Source: Octopus sinensis
Taxonomy: Eukaryota
Direction of reading: 5' to 3'
Length of the DNA stretch: 64,000 nucleotides
NCBI RefSeq assembly: GCF_006345805.1
Contig: NC_043002.1
Span: forward strand, 85,560,001-85,624,000
Shown here one piece after another: positions 13,426-25,655 of this stretch. Every line of letters begins with the position of its first letter. Positions within the stretch are counted from its first letter, which is position 1. Both the position numbers and the translations under genes were made by a program. The notes under the pieces were generated by a model. It had not been told where the DNA came from. It saw nothing but the letters and a program-made list of their open reading frames with translations, and searched no databases.

Positions 13426-14310
13426 CAGAGGGTGCATAAAATATTTGAGAACAGGTTTATGTTTATGAAAAAACAGATATATATATATATAATGACAGAT
13501 AACTTTATTTATCAAAAATTGCTATGGGGATAAAAATAAACCTTCTTTTCTATAATGTTATTCAATAAAGCCGCCTTCAGCTTCAACAATTGCTTCTATA
13601 TGAAATCTAAATCATCCATATGATCGAGTGATCCTGGTTCATTTTGGACATTACTCTGACTATGGCAACTTTCAAAGAATCTTTGGTGTTATGGGTGTGT
13701 TCATTGACCCCTCTCTCAACAACACTCCACATGTAATAGTCCAATGGATTGCGATTTGGGGAATTAGGCAGCCAAATGTTAGGGGTTATGTGATCATGAA
13801 AATTTTCAGCCATCTACCCCTGAGTTACTAGAGCCATGTGTGATAGTGCAGAGTCTTACTGAAACACATTAGGCCTTCCATTGCATACGCTGTCTATCCA
13901 GGGTTTAACAATTTTTTCCAGGACCTCAATCTAGGCAGCAGAGTTAACTCTAAAGCCTTGTGGAAAGAAGTAAGGAGGCATCACGTGTCCTTCATTGCTG
14001 ACAACCCATAAAACCATGACAGTTGCAGGAAATTTTGTATGCATAACACTAGGAACTTCAGAAGGGTCTGCACATAACCATCTATCATTTCTTCTGTTAT
14101 GTTTTTGATCTTGGTTAAAGTTTTTCTCGTTTGAGAAAAACCAAATCAAATCTTCTTCTGCTGGATTTTTCAGTTTGTTTAAGAACCTTTTAGTTCTTAT
14201 GCCGTGATTTTCTTTTGCTTTTCCTGGCAAATTGACCTTTCCTCATCGAAGACTTATATCTGATGTCTTCATGGACATTTCTGACTGTTCCTTCTGACAC
14301 ATGGAGATCT
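13426..14310 (-). mobile_element. Decayed Tc1/mariner element, maT (DD37D)-like transposase pseudogene
   Basis: Frames read LIWFFSNEKNFNQDQKHNRRNDRWL...KFPATVMVLWVVSNEGHVMPPYFF and IWLPNSPNRNPLDYYMW (decayed SDEK and WPPNSPDLNPLDY); TIR-like cagagggtgc near 13426. Confidence 0.85.
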
Positions 14311-14414
14311 TTTGCAATTGACCTCATGGACTTTCTGGGATTGTAATCAATGGTCTGTTGAACTTACTAAATAAATTCAGATGTTCTGATAATTTCAGGG
14401 TGTTTAGAATGCTT

Positions 14415-14792
14415 TTTATGTTTGATACTGGTGATATGTTTCCATCTTCAGTCTCTAGCTCATTACAAACTTTACAAAAGCACCATTCGAGCATGATCGT
14501 TACCAACGTCACCTTACTGGCACTTGTGACAGTGGCACATGAAAAACAACATTCAAGCGAGGTCATTGTCAATGTCGCTGGACTGGCTCCTGTGCAGGTG
14601 GCATGTAAAAACCACCATTTGAGCGTGGTTGTTGCCAGTACTGCCTGACTGGCCCTTGTGCTGGTGGTACGTAAAAGCACCCACTACATTCTCAGAGTGG
14701 TTGGTGTTAAGAAGGGCATCCAGCTCTAGAAACTCTGCCAGATCAGATTGGAGCCTGGTGCAGCCATCTGGTTCGCCAGTCCTCAGTCAAAC
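14415..14792 (+). mobile_element. SINE family D with upstream subunits, tail truncated
   Basis: Repeated gtggcaYRtaaaaa..cac units, then aagggcatccagctctagaaactctgccagatc. Confidence 0.8.
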
Positions 14793-14847
14793 TAATGATT
14801 TTTACCAGGTGATCAAAGCGGAAATAAAAACTTAGGTGTATTTTACA

Positions 14848-15120
14848 AATATTTTATAACTATATATATAATTATAACAAGGGCTTGGCTTGCGCCTCAC
14901 CATGCACTAAAAAAATAGATGTCAAAACACACTACTACCACCATAAATTCTCCAAGAATAACACACAATTCATTTTCCTTTTTTGCTAGCCTATTATGTG
15001 GTGTGTTATTCTCGGAGAATTTATGGAAGTAATAGTGCCTTTTAACCTCTATTCTTTTCAGTGCGTGATGAAGTGCAAGCCAAGCCCGTGTTATAATCAT
15101 GTATATAATTATAAAATATT
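14848..15120. repeat. ~270-bp imperfect foldback inverted repeat
   Basis: ttataacaagggcttggcttgc...ccataaattctccaagaataacacac pairs with gtgtgttattctcggagaatttatgg...gcaagccaagcccgtgttataa. Confidence 0.85.
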
Positions 15121-16019
15121 CATATATGTATATATATATAGTCTTGAGAACAACCCAATATAACTCTCTTGTCGTTTATAGTTGAGGTTTGAATCTAATA
15201 GACTGAATCTACCTGTCACTTTTCAGTGATAAGAAATTTAATGTATGCAAATAAAAATTGCACTGCTGAGATTTTGTATTGCAAAAATAAATTTAGTTTA
15301 TTTTGTATGCTCTCTCAGGTCTAAAAATTTCTCTAGTATGTCCTTGTAGCTTAAAAGTGAAACTTTTAGAAAACCAGAAGTATCACTAAAGCCTTTTTTT
15401 TTTATTTTTAATTATCTCGTCAGATATGAAAGGCCAGTACCATGACCTTTTACAAAGTTTCTCTGATTAGTGGAAGGAAAGGTACTCCTTAAACAACTGG
15501 AGACCTGATTTAAATGCTTACTACAAGGTAATCTACACTTAATGGCTCTTCACGGGCTTAGCCATGATGTTAAACTGACAGATGAAGTTTACCACTCTAA
15601 AACAGAAGCGGTCTCTGCTGTGAACATCTACACAGCCACAAAGCTTTGGTTAGTCTGAAACTAGTAGAAAATACTTTGCCCATTGTACCACACAGTAGGA
15701 TTGAACCCAAAACCAATTGGTTGTAAGGCAACCGTTTTAACTACTCAGCCATGTCAACAATGAAGTTTTCAATAAAAGCAAACATTTTCTCTTATCATAG
15801 GTTTAGGTACAAGCTTGGTTGTGTGATTAAGAAATTACTCTAGTATGGACTCAGCTATGTTGGCTGAGACAAACTGCAGAGCACCACAGATGTCTTTTAA
15901 ATTTCACTTACATAAATCCACTATATATATATATATCTGTCTGTCTACCCATCTTTCTATCTATCTGTCTATCCATCCATTCGTCCGTCTGTCTGTCTGT
16001 TTATTTGCCTCTCATCCTG

Positions 16020-16027
16020 TCTACCTG

Positions 16028-16070
<43 letters not shown>

Positions 16071-16075
16071 GTCTG

Positions 16076-16131
<56 letters not shown>
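16020..16131. repeat. (TCTA)n microsatellite
   Basis: Direct reading. Confidence 0.95.
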
Positions 16132-16132
<1 letters not shown>

Positions 16133-16248
16133 TCTACCTTCTTTCTTTCACCTTTACAGTGTATCTCCTCATTAATCTTTCACCAACGTGAACTCCAACT
16201 TCTGGTTGACATACATGCTGCTCAGAACATAATGGCAGAAAAAATACC

Positions 16249-16463
16249 TATTTCTTTACTACCCACAAGGGGCTAAACACAGAGGGGACAAACAAGGACA
16301 GACACACGGATTAAGTCGATTACATCGACCCCAGTGCGTAACTGGTACTTAATTTATCGACCCTGAAAGGATGAAAGGCAAAGTCAACCTTGGCAGAATT
16401 TGAACTCAGAAAGTAACGACAGACGAAATACAGCTACGCATTTCACCCGGCATGCTCGCCGCC
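16249..16463 (-). mobile_element. tRNA-derived SINE family A
   Basis: cctatttctttactacccacaagggg...gaatttgaactcag...cacccggcatgct. Confidence 0.9.
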
Positions 16464-17029
16464 TTTTCTCTCCTTCTATTATCTCCCATATTATGTATCC
16501 CTCCATCCCTCTGCTAACCATTCTCTCCTCAATCTTCCTACCCCTTAACACTGTCTCCCCGGAATTTCTCCCCACCCACCCCCACCTCACTTGTTATTAT
16601 TCCGGCAATCATTGAAGAGCAACACCAGCAGCTAACATCTCAACCCATCTCAGAAGACCTTGCAAAGGCCACAAGCACAGAATGGAACCCATTAACAACG
16701 AAACAAAAACAAGGAAAAGACATATTACATTGCAATATTCTTCAATCAACCCCTTCTAGAAAACTCCTCCCCCTCTCTTAAGCACAAAGTTCTCTTCCTA
16801 CTCGTCTTCCCATAAACCACTAACAAACATAAATTCAAATTTAACTGCCTTCCTCTGATGATAGTTAACCCACCCCACCCCACCACCACCACCACCACCA
16901 CCACCACCACCACCACCACCACCACCACACCCCTCTTAATACTGAAAAGACCATAAAGTGTTGTTAGAAATGTTTCTCTTATAAAAACTAGCTAATAGAA
17001 ATAAAGCTTAATCACTGGGAGAGCATTGA

Positions 17030-17420
17030 GGAATTTCTTCTTCTCCTTCTCCTTCTCTTCCAACTTCTTCTTCTTCTTCTTCTTCTTCTTCTCTTCTTCT
17101 TCTTCTTCTTCTTCTCTTCTTCTTCTTCTTCTTCTTCTTCTTTTTCTCTTCCTCCCCTTCTCCTCCTCCTCCTCTTCCATCTCCTTTGCCTTTTCTTCTT
17201 CTTCTTCTCTTCCTCCCCTTCTCCTCCTTCTCTTCCAACTTCTTCTTCTTCTTCTTCTTCTTCTTCTCTTCTCTCTTCCACCCCTTCTCCTCCTCCTCCT
17301 CCTCTTCCATCTTCTCCTTTGCCTTCTCTTCTTCTTCTTCTTCTTCTTCTTCTCCTCCTCCTTCCCTTCTCTTCCAACTGCTCCTCCTCATCCACCTTCT
17401 TCTTCTCTCCCCTGCTGCTG
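17030..17420. repeat. ~390-bp (TTC/CTC)n polypyrimidine tract
   Basis: Nearly purine-free on the + strand; internal block tctccttctcttccaacttcttc occurs twice. Confidence 0.95.
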
Positions 17421-17819
17421 CTGATGATGATGATGACGTGCTTCAAAATATAATGTGTTTGAGGGACCACATCTCATACATTCCATCAACTATATGATAT
17501 ATGTGTGACCTTGTTCTTCATTATATTTCTCAAAACACCTAATATTTAAGTTTATTGACCCTAACAGGAAAAACTGCAGTTGTTGGAAATTAAGATTCAT
17601 CTGTTCTTAAGATGTATTTGAGTTTCTCAATGCCAGTCTCTTGCCTAAACCAACACAGGAGATACCAATGTGAATCAAGTAAATCAGCCCTCAGTATATA
17701 GCTGGTATTTTGATGTATCTACAATACGTAATGATAAGAAGCATATTTAGCTTTGATAAGATGTAGTTCAGAGTAGGGTACAAATGATCCTTCTCCTCAC
17801 TGAGACATCTACACAGAAG

Positions 17820-18430
17820 TTAATAATAATAATAAAACATTGTGTACAGTGCTCAGGTGCACTACAACTCATCTAAAGTGTATGTATAGTACATAGGGTA
17901 ATGTACAAGCATCAGAAAAAGAACAGTGCATGAGTCATAACATACACATATGTGTATGAGTATGGAAGGAGGACAATCAGGTGTAGTTTCGGCGGATTTC
18001 AGAAAGCATGAGGGCCTTAAAGGATGCAGTGTCATGGCAGTCAACAACTGACGCAGGCAGTTTGTTCCATGCTTCAGCAACTCTGAGCATGAAAAAATGT
18101 TTCCGAAAGTCATGGGAGCTGTGCTGTTTTCTGACTTTGTAGGCATGTCCACGTGTGTTGGACACATGGAGATCAAAAAGGTGTTCAGTGTTGTTGTTGG
18201 TGAGGTGGTTGATAACTTTGGGTGTTTACCAAGTCCATCGCCAGACGCCGGAGCTTCAGTGAATCCATGCCCAGGGAAACAAGGCGCTCAGAGTATGGTA
18301 GGTGTCTGATGGAGGGTATGCGTTTGGTTGCACGTCACTGAACAGATTCCAGGAGGTCAATGTTCTGAGCAAGATAGGGGTTCCAAACTGATGATGCGAA
18401 TTCCAAGTGTGGTCAAGTGCAAACCACAAT
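17820..18430 (-). mobile_element. 5'-truncated CR1-clade LINE (ORF2 C-terminus, 3' UTR, (TTA)n tail)
   Basis: PYLAQNIDLLESVQ*RATKRIPS... and NTRGHAYKV...RKHFFMLRVAEAWNKLPASVV...SFK match the CR1 ORF2 C-terminal motifs. Confidence 0.9.
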
Positions 18431-18606
18431 ATTTAGTATTTGTTAACTGGAAGTAGGCCTTTGACAGGGTACTACATTCTGATGGCTGCTATGGAAAATA
18501 GGTATACATCAGTAGTTCTCGACTGGGGTCCATATAGCTCTTATGGGTCCATATAAGATTTTCTTGTTAAAATTTATCTGTACTAAATTGATAACACTTC
18601 TACAGT

Positions 18607-18942
18607 TGCTGAGGCCCCTTCGGTCATGAATGATCATGGGATTGCACCTAGAAAGTTACCCTCCGAGGCACAAGTCCAGGCAAGGTTGTTTATGGAAGAC
18701 CAGCAATCGCCCATGCATACTTGTCTCCCCTCTCCATACCACCAGTGTTATCCAAGGGAAAGGCAAAGGCCGATACAGCTTGGCACCTGTGACATCGCAA
18801 CTCATTTCTGCAGCTGAGTGAACTGGAGCAACGTGAAATAAAATGTCTTGCTCAAGAATACAACATACAGCCCGGTCTGGGATTCGAACTCACAACCTCA
18901 TGATCATAAGCTCAACACTCTAACCACTGAGCCATGCAACTT
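18607..18942 (-). mobile_element. Full-length SINE family B1
   Basis: 12-bp TSD cacttctacagt at 18595 and 18943; tRNA-like A/B boxes in the head. Confidence 0.92.
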
Positions 18943-19019
18943 CACTTCTACAGTACATAAAATAAATTAACAATTTTTTAAATACAGTTCCTTATGATTA
19001 TGATGGTCATCATCATCAA

Positions 19020-19570
19020 CATCATCATCATTTAATGCCCATTGTCCATGCTGACATGAGTGAACTGTTTGACCAAAGCTGGTAAGCTGAAGGGCTGCAC
19101 TAGACTCTGGTCTGATTTGGCATGTTTTCTATGGCTGGATGCCCTTTCTAATGCTAACCACCCCAAGAGTGTAATGGGTGCTTTTATGTGCCACTGGTGC
19201 CATTTGAATGACATTGGTATCTTCCCAGACTATGATATCACTTGGCTTGATAAGTCTTCTACTCAAACACAGTGTATTGTCAAAGGTCTCTGTAATTTGT
19301 CATTGCATCTGTGAGACCTTACACTCAAAAGGTGCTTTTTATATATCACCAGCATGGGTGCTACTTATGTGACACCAACATCGGCCACATTGCCTCTGTG
19401 AGGCCAACACTCAAAAAGTGCCTTTTGTGTGCAACTGGTATGGGTGCCAGGTACATAACATTGGCAATGGTCATGACTACAATTTCACTTGGCTTGATGG
19501 GTCTTCTCATGCATGGCATATCACCAAAGGTCTCAGTCACTAGCCATTGCCTCCATGAAACCCATGATAT
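19020..19570 (-). mobile_element. Diverged SINE family D with long higher-order upstream repeats
   Basis: catcatttaatgcccattgtccatgctgacatg...ggatgccctttctaatgctaacc; block cacttggcttgat...caaaggtctc occurs twice. Confidence 0.75.
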
Positions 19571-19860
19571 TTAAGTATAAAAATATAATAGGATTTCTTT
19601 TAAAACATCAAATGGCTATGAGGGTCCAACTGAATAAAACAGGAATCAAAGGCGTTCACTTGTAAAAAAAAAAATGGTTTAGAACTGCTGGTGTACGCCA
19701 ATGGCTTTTGAGAGCAGTACAAGCCAAGTATAAAAGACATACTGGGAGATACAATGTAAGCCATATATAGAGATATATAGAGAGAGATATGCCATGTACA
19801 AAGATGTGGTATACAGTCTTCCACCTTCATGGAAGTGTTTGCACTATAGTACTCATCCTC

Positions 19861-20262
19861 GGATCTTTTCGGTTTGAATGGCAGTTTTTAATATAATTTC
19901 TAGGTAACTAAAACATTTTAAACTTTGTATACTGGTAGAATGTGTTTTATAAACATTAAATTCTATAGTTTGCAAGATATTTGGTCTTTAATTTCTTGCA
20001 TTTCGGCAATTTCAATCAATCAATGACCGTCTATTGAGGTGAAAACATTCTGTGCCGTATGAATATGTCCCTCGTTTAAGAAACAGATTGGGTTTATTTA
20101 CATTTGTGAAGAAAAAAAGATACCCTTCCCCCCACCCCTAACCCTAACTAACCCTAACCCTAAAACATTGAAATGCAATAGATCAATACTAGGGTCATAA
20201 TTATGAGTAACAATTTCATATGACACTGCTAGAAAAAACTGCCGTTCAAACCAAAAAGATCC
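19861..20262. mobile_element. MITE with ~29-bp TIRs, 8-bp TSD and an internal telomere-like tract
   Basis: TIRs ggatcttttcggtttgaatggcagttttt / aaaaactgccgttcaaaccaaaaagatcc; TSD tcatcctc / ccatcctc; (CCCTAA)-like run at ~20135-20163. Confidence 0.85.
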
Positions 20263-20524
20263 CCATCCTCTACCATGGTGATGGAGAGTACTTCTTAATG
20301 TCACCTCACTAGTATAGCTAATTAGGTCATCTAAGCAATAGAAGCTATCAACTACATCCTCTGTGCCTGCCAAGCACTGGAAAAAACATTATTTTACTGA
20401 TACTGTAACTCCTAACCCTTTGAATCTGTATCATAGAGAATCTGTATTCATGGTCAACCTGCCTATGATCTAAATTCATCATTTTATATGTATCCGTAGA
20501 GTTCATTGAATACATCATTTTGAT

Positions 20525-21025
20525 CATCATCATCATCATTTAACGTCCGTTTTCCATGCTAACATGGGTTGGACGGTTTTGACTGAGGGCTGGCAACCAG
20601 ATGGCTGCACCAGGCTCCGGTCTTGATCTGGCAGAATTTCTACAGCTGGATGCCCTTCCTAAAGCCAACCACTCTGAGAGTGTAGTGGGTGCTTTTTACA
20701 TGCCACCTGCATGGGATCCAGTCAGGTGGTACTGGCAATGACCTCACTCGAATCTTTTTACACGTGCCACCGGCACAGGTGCTAGTGAAGTGACGTTGGT
20801 AACGATCACGCTCAAATGGTGCCCTTTTATGTGTCACAGGTACGGAAGGCAGTTGGCTGCTCTGGCAACGATCATGCTCAGATGGTGTTCTTGGCGCCCT
20901 ACTAGCACAGGCATAAGTGCCAGTAAGGCAACGCTGGTAATGATCATACTCGAATAGCCGCTCTGTCAACAATCACACTCGTATGGTACTCTTTGCACTC
21001 CACTAGCATGGATGCCAGTCATCAA
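20525..21025 (-). mobile_element. SINE family D with multiple subunits
   Basis: catcatttaacgtccgttttccatgctaacatggg...ggatgcccttcctaaagccaacc plus repeated subunits. Confidence 0.85.
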
Positions 21026-21378
21026 AATGATTTTGATTTTGATTTTGATTTATGCATTTTATGCCTCTTTACGTTTACTGATCATATCTCACTTTGAATT
21101 AGTTGAGATCTCTTGTCCTTTGGGGTGAAATTGTGAACTATACAACCCCATGTTAAAATAAAAAAAATATCATTATTTCCTTCGGCATCACTTCCATCAT
21201 TACAGTCAACCAACATGACTACTGCCACTACTGGCAACACCATTCCCTGAACCATGTCATATATAATACTTATATACAGTCACTACGAACAAGTGAACCT
21301 CTAGTAGACCTGCTGGAAATAGAAGAAAAAGAAGAACATATTAAATAGTATTGTCTTAAATACACTATTCCAATAAAG

Positions 21379-21704
21379 GTGAGGGCGCGTGGCTTAGTGG
21401 TTAGGGCATTCGGCTCATGATCGTAAGGTTGTGAGTTCGATTCCCGGCGACGCGTTGTGTCCTTGAGCAAGACACTTTATTTCACGTTGCTCCAGTCCAC
21501 TCAGCTGGCAAAAATGAGTTGTACTTGTATTTCAAAGGGTCAGCCTTGTCACTCTCTGTGTCACGCTGATTATCCCCGAGAACTACGTTAAGGGTACACG
21601 TGTCTGTGGAATGCTCAGCCATTTGCACGTTAATTTCACGAGCAAGCTGTTCCGTTGATCGTATCAGCTGGGACCCTCGTCGTCGTAACCGGCGGAGTCT
21701 TTTA
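21379..21704 (+). mobile_element. Young full-length SINE family B2
   Basis: 12-bp TSD attccaataaag at 21367 and 21705; CpGs retained; head ggcgcgtggcttagtggttagg...gagttcgattccc. Confidence 0.93.
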
Positions 21705-22181
21705 ATTCCAATAAAGAATAAAAAAAAAAACAAGATTGTCATGGTTGGAACAGCTTTGATCTTAAGTTTGCTTGATCATGGCTGACCTGGGGCTAATCAA
21801 GAACACCAACTATCAGTGTTACTACTGTTACTACAACCACCTTCATGGCCGCCACCTCCACTACTATCAACACCAACACTCATACAAACAACAGCTATAA
21901 CAACAATTGACTTTCTAGGAATAGCAGCCAAATCACCTTGAAATCGCATCCTACACTATTAGAAAGGGAACGATATAATAAATAATGTACAATTTTAGTA
22001 ATTTTAAGTAGGGTATATCCTGGACTATGTTAAATAATGTAGTCCACGGTATAACCTTAAATCCTTGAATCCTTAAAAATGTTTTAGCCCAAAGGCCGTG
22101 GCCATGCTGGGGCACCACCACTGAAGATAATCCATTCAGTGTCAGAATTTCAAAACTTTGAAAATTAAAGAACATAGAAGT

Positions 22182-22186
22182 AAAAA
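22182..22186 (-). terminator. Pol III terminator (T5) after tRNA-Arg
   Basis: TTTTT on the minus strand, 6 nt after the discriminator base. Confidence 0.6.
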
Positions 22187-22192
22187 TTAATG

Positions 22193-22265
22193 CAAGCTCA
22201 CCAGGATACGAACCTGAAATCTTCTGATCCGTAGTCAGACTCGTTATCCATTGCGCCACGAGCCC
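22193..22265 (-). tRNA. trnR-ACG: tRNA-Arg(ACG), probably a pseudogene
   Basis: Reverse complement GGGCTCGTGGCGCAATGGATAACGAGTCTGACTACGGATCAGAAGATTTCAGGTTCGTATCCTGGTGAGCTTG folds as a 73-nt cloverleaf with anticodon arm TCTGA-CT-ACG-GA-TCAGA; D-stem G:A mismatch, three G:U pairs in the acceptor stem, T-loop TTCGTAT. Confidence 0.85.
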
Positions 22266-22694
22266 TAACCTGCTTAAAAAGAAAAGAAATTAAAGCAAAA
22301 TATGATGGTCACAGCTTCAACATTTTTCCTCATAAAGTTGCTTGCTGAAAGCTGACCTAGGGCTGAATACCAACATCATGTAGTTTCATTATTATATTTC
22401 CATATTTTATTTCAAATTTATTTCATTAAACTCTGATTTTAGATTAAATTATTTATGTATTTTATTAATTCAAAATGTTATTTATCTATTATATACATTT
22501 AAGATGTTATTCAGTGCAACTACAGTGTATTTAATGCAATATTTTTGCATGAATGCTTTACGGTTTATTGCATTTCTTTCTTTAGAAATTACTACATATG
22601 AAACGTGAAAATACTGTTCTTTTAACCAGAAGAACCCCCCCCCTCTGCTAGAGTTCCTTAAGTCAGTGAATATATTGATTTATTTTGGTTTCAG

Positions 22695-22727
22695 TGCAAA
22701 GCTGTTTTATATTCACAGAAAAGTTCA
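22695..22727 (+). other. Candidate 33-nt micro-exon
   Basis: tattttggtttcag acceptor and gtaagt donor flank 33 nt that are open in all three frames; no homology recognised. Confidence 0.2.
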
Positions 22728-23907
22728 GTAAGTTCATATGCTGTAAGAAGCAAGAAAATCTAACGTATTGGGTTTGTGCTCTTCTTCTGAGATATTGCGC
22801 ATTCAAAGAGGTTTTGTTGTTAGTTTCTTTTTATCAATTCTATACTAATGGATATCTTATTCAGTCTGTGGAATGTTTTATTCCATTGAAAATAGATATG
22901 AAGAATTACACTTCTAAATATTTTTAGGTTTTTTTTATCAACATTCAGTTAAATTTGATTTCACAATAACTTTACACTGTGCAACATTTGTATATATATA
23001 TATATATATATATACATCACACTTACAGAGCAATAGATAAATATCACAGAGATAACATAAGTACGATTATAAAGCAAAGAGGAGGCAATATAATACATGA
23101 AATCAAACAAATGAAAGTGCTCGACTGAAAAAGTGTAGAAATATAAAACAAAAAATAACAACCAAAAGAAGTATAAACTGAAAATAAATATGCCAAAAGA
23201 AACAGATAAAGAGTATCACCCAAAATTTTATTTTATTTTATTTTTTATATGTGTTTACAAGTGTAAATAGAGCTGAAAAATGGAAACTATATTCAATACA
23301 AAAACAATTGCAATAATTTGAAGCTAATATTACCCTACTGCTTTATTCAGTTAATATTTTTTGTAGATTTCTACTTGCAAAAATGACAGAATAATGTTTC
23401 TTGACACTATCTACACTTATTCAGAAAAATCTCTGTCCATTTTCCACTTACTGAGACAAAAAGAATTAGCTTTTTTCACTCCTTGCAGAAATTGGGCATA
23501 TAAAATTTTGCTATGAACTTATTAATTATTACAGACAGGTCATTACCAGTTTCTTCAAATTCCAAAAGTACCTTTTTTGTCATGGCATATGGAATATAGA
23601 ATATAGATTGAATCCTAATAGATGTCTTGTATTTCTTTTAATGACTCTAGAAGAAAAGTAAAAAAATGGGTCCAAAAGGATTTAGAATCTATTAAGTCAC
23701 CTCTTTTTTTTTAATGCATTTGGTCCAGTAACCAGTGGATAAAAGTATGGTTGTTTGGGGTTCAATTACATTGCATGCCACTTCCTGTCCTCTTCCATAA
23801 CATTTGGACGACCGCATTTTGGAGGTGAAATTTGGTTGATGCAAACTATGTGAAAGACTGTATTGCAGGAGCCATTCCACCTGTTTGTAGCTGGTAGACT
23901 TAACCCA

Positions 23908-24334
23908 TTACTCTTACTCTTTACTCTTTTACTCTTTTACTTGTTTCAGTCATTTGACTGCGGCCATGCTGGAGCACCGCCTTTAGTCGAGCAAATCAAC
24001 CCCGGGACTTATTCTTTGTAAGCCCAGTACTTATTCTATCGGTCTCTTTTGCCGAACCGCTAAGTGATGGGGACGTAAACACACCAGCATCAGTTGTCAA
24101 GCAATGCTAGGGGGACAAACACAGACACACAAACACACATACATACATACATATATATATACATATATACAACAGGCTTCTTTTCAGTTTCCGTCTACCA
24201 AATCCACTCATAAGGCATTGGTCAGCCCTGGGCTATAGCAGAAGACACTTACCCAAGATGTCACGCAGTGGGACTGAACCCGGAACCATGTGGTTGGTTA
24301 GCAAGCTACTTACCACACAGCCACTCCTACGCCT
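23908..24334 (-). mobile_element. Full-length SINE family C (internal CA/TA microsatellite)
   Basis: ttactcttttacttgtttcagtc...gggactgaacccggaaccatgtggttggttagcaagctacttaccacacagccactcct. Confidence 0.92.
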
Positions 24335-25000
24335 ATATATAACACCATTGTATAACGTTTATTTATCAATTTAATGCAAGGATCCAAACCATGTCTTTAC
24401 TCTGAGGATTACTCCCTTGTTCTTCTTTTTGTTATCTATGTTGTTTTATTGGCATCATATTAACTATTATGCCTAATCATTTCTCTCCAGAATGTCAGCT
24501 CTCTGGAGTTTCTTCCTTTACGAGTCTTTCTTGCAGCCATCAATTTTGTGTAGGTCATAAACCCACCCACTTCCTCTTTCAGAACAAATCAATAAAAAAA
24601 AAATAGAAAAAAACAGAAAAAAGAAATTAAAAGGATCAGTTTGTAAGAAGACTTAGGATTTAAAGAAAAATTACAAGTTGGGGGCTTTAAGATCACAGAT
24701 ATATCAAGAATGGAAAGATAATAAATGGTTATTTTAAAGGCTTAATATTTTGTGTCATTATCATGAAATGGATCAAGCAGGTCTGTATATATGTGGACGT
24801 ATATTTATATATGGTTGTGTGTGTATATTTATGCGTGGGTAAGTGTGCATGTATATATACATAAATATATGTATCTTCATATGTATGTATATATAAATAT
24901 TTATATTTATAAGCATACACACACAAATATATATATAGTGACACATAGACACGTATATTTATATATACAAAAGTATATACATATATATATACATATACAT

Positions 25001-25042
<42 letters not shown>

Positions 25043-25529
25043 AGGAGAGAAAGAGTATGTGAGGCTATTTAGGCAAGTGTGTTTATTATAGCCTTGGGCC
25101 ATGAAAATCTTGTGAGTGAATTTGGTGGACGGAAACTGAAAGACGCCTATCATATATATATATATGTATGTATATATATGTGTATACATTCATGTATGTG
25201 TGTTTGCATCACATTTTCATCCATTAAGTGTTATCCATTCTCATTGTTCTTTTATCATTCCCTTTATCAAAAATATTTTATAAATAGCTATCTTGCTGTT
25301 TGTAACACCTGCAATACTTATCGATATCTCACCTCTGTGTTGGCCAACATTTTACATAACTTCTTGTCATTCACCCACGGAATCATCAACAAATCCTCTT
25401 TACTCATTTTTTTCTTCTTATCACCATGCACTATCACACACTTTAGAAATATGTTTAACTCTCAATACATCTATGTAGTGTGGTGTGTGTGTGTGTGTGT
25501 GTGTGTGTGTCTGTGTGTCTGTGTGTGTT

Positions 25530-25577
<48 letters not shown>

Positions 25578-25655
25578 AAGTAAGAGAGAACCATTTTATT
25601 GACAACAAAAGTAACTTCAGTTACTAATTTCTTGAAATATAGTGCTCTCCAACAT

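Noticed and set aside
15424-15530. Plus-strand exon-like segment with a good acceptor
   Set aside because: Stop codons in all three frames.
16992-17497. Long Lys/Glu/Arg-rich or Phe/Ser-rich ORFs
   Set aside because: They are translations of the (TTC/CTC)n tract. The same applies to the YI, CV, HT, poly-V, poly-D and poly-T ORFs over other microsatellites.
20135-20163. True telomere or chromosome fusion scar
   Set aside because: Only about four imperfect units, and they lie inside a TIR element.
21379-21455. SINE heads as tRNA genes
   Set aside because: They have A/B boxes but no complete cloverleaf, and continue into SINE bodies bounded by TSDs.
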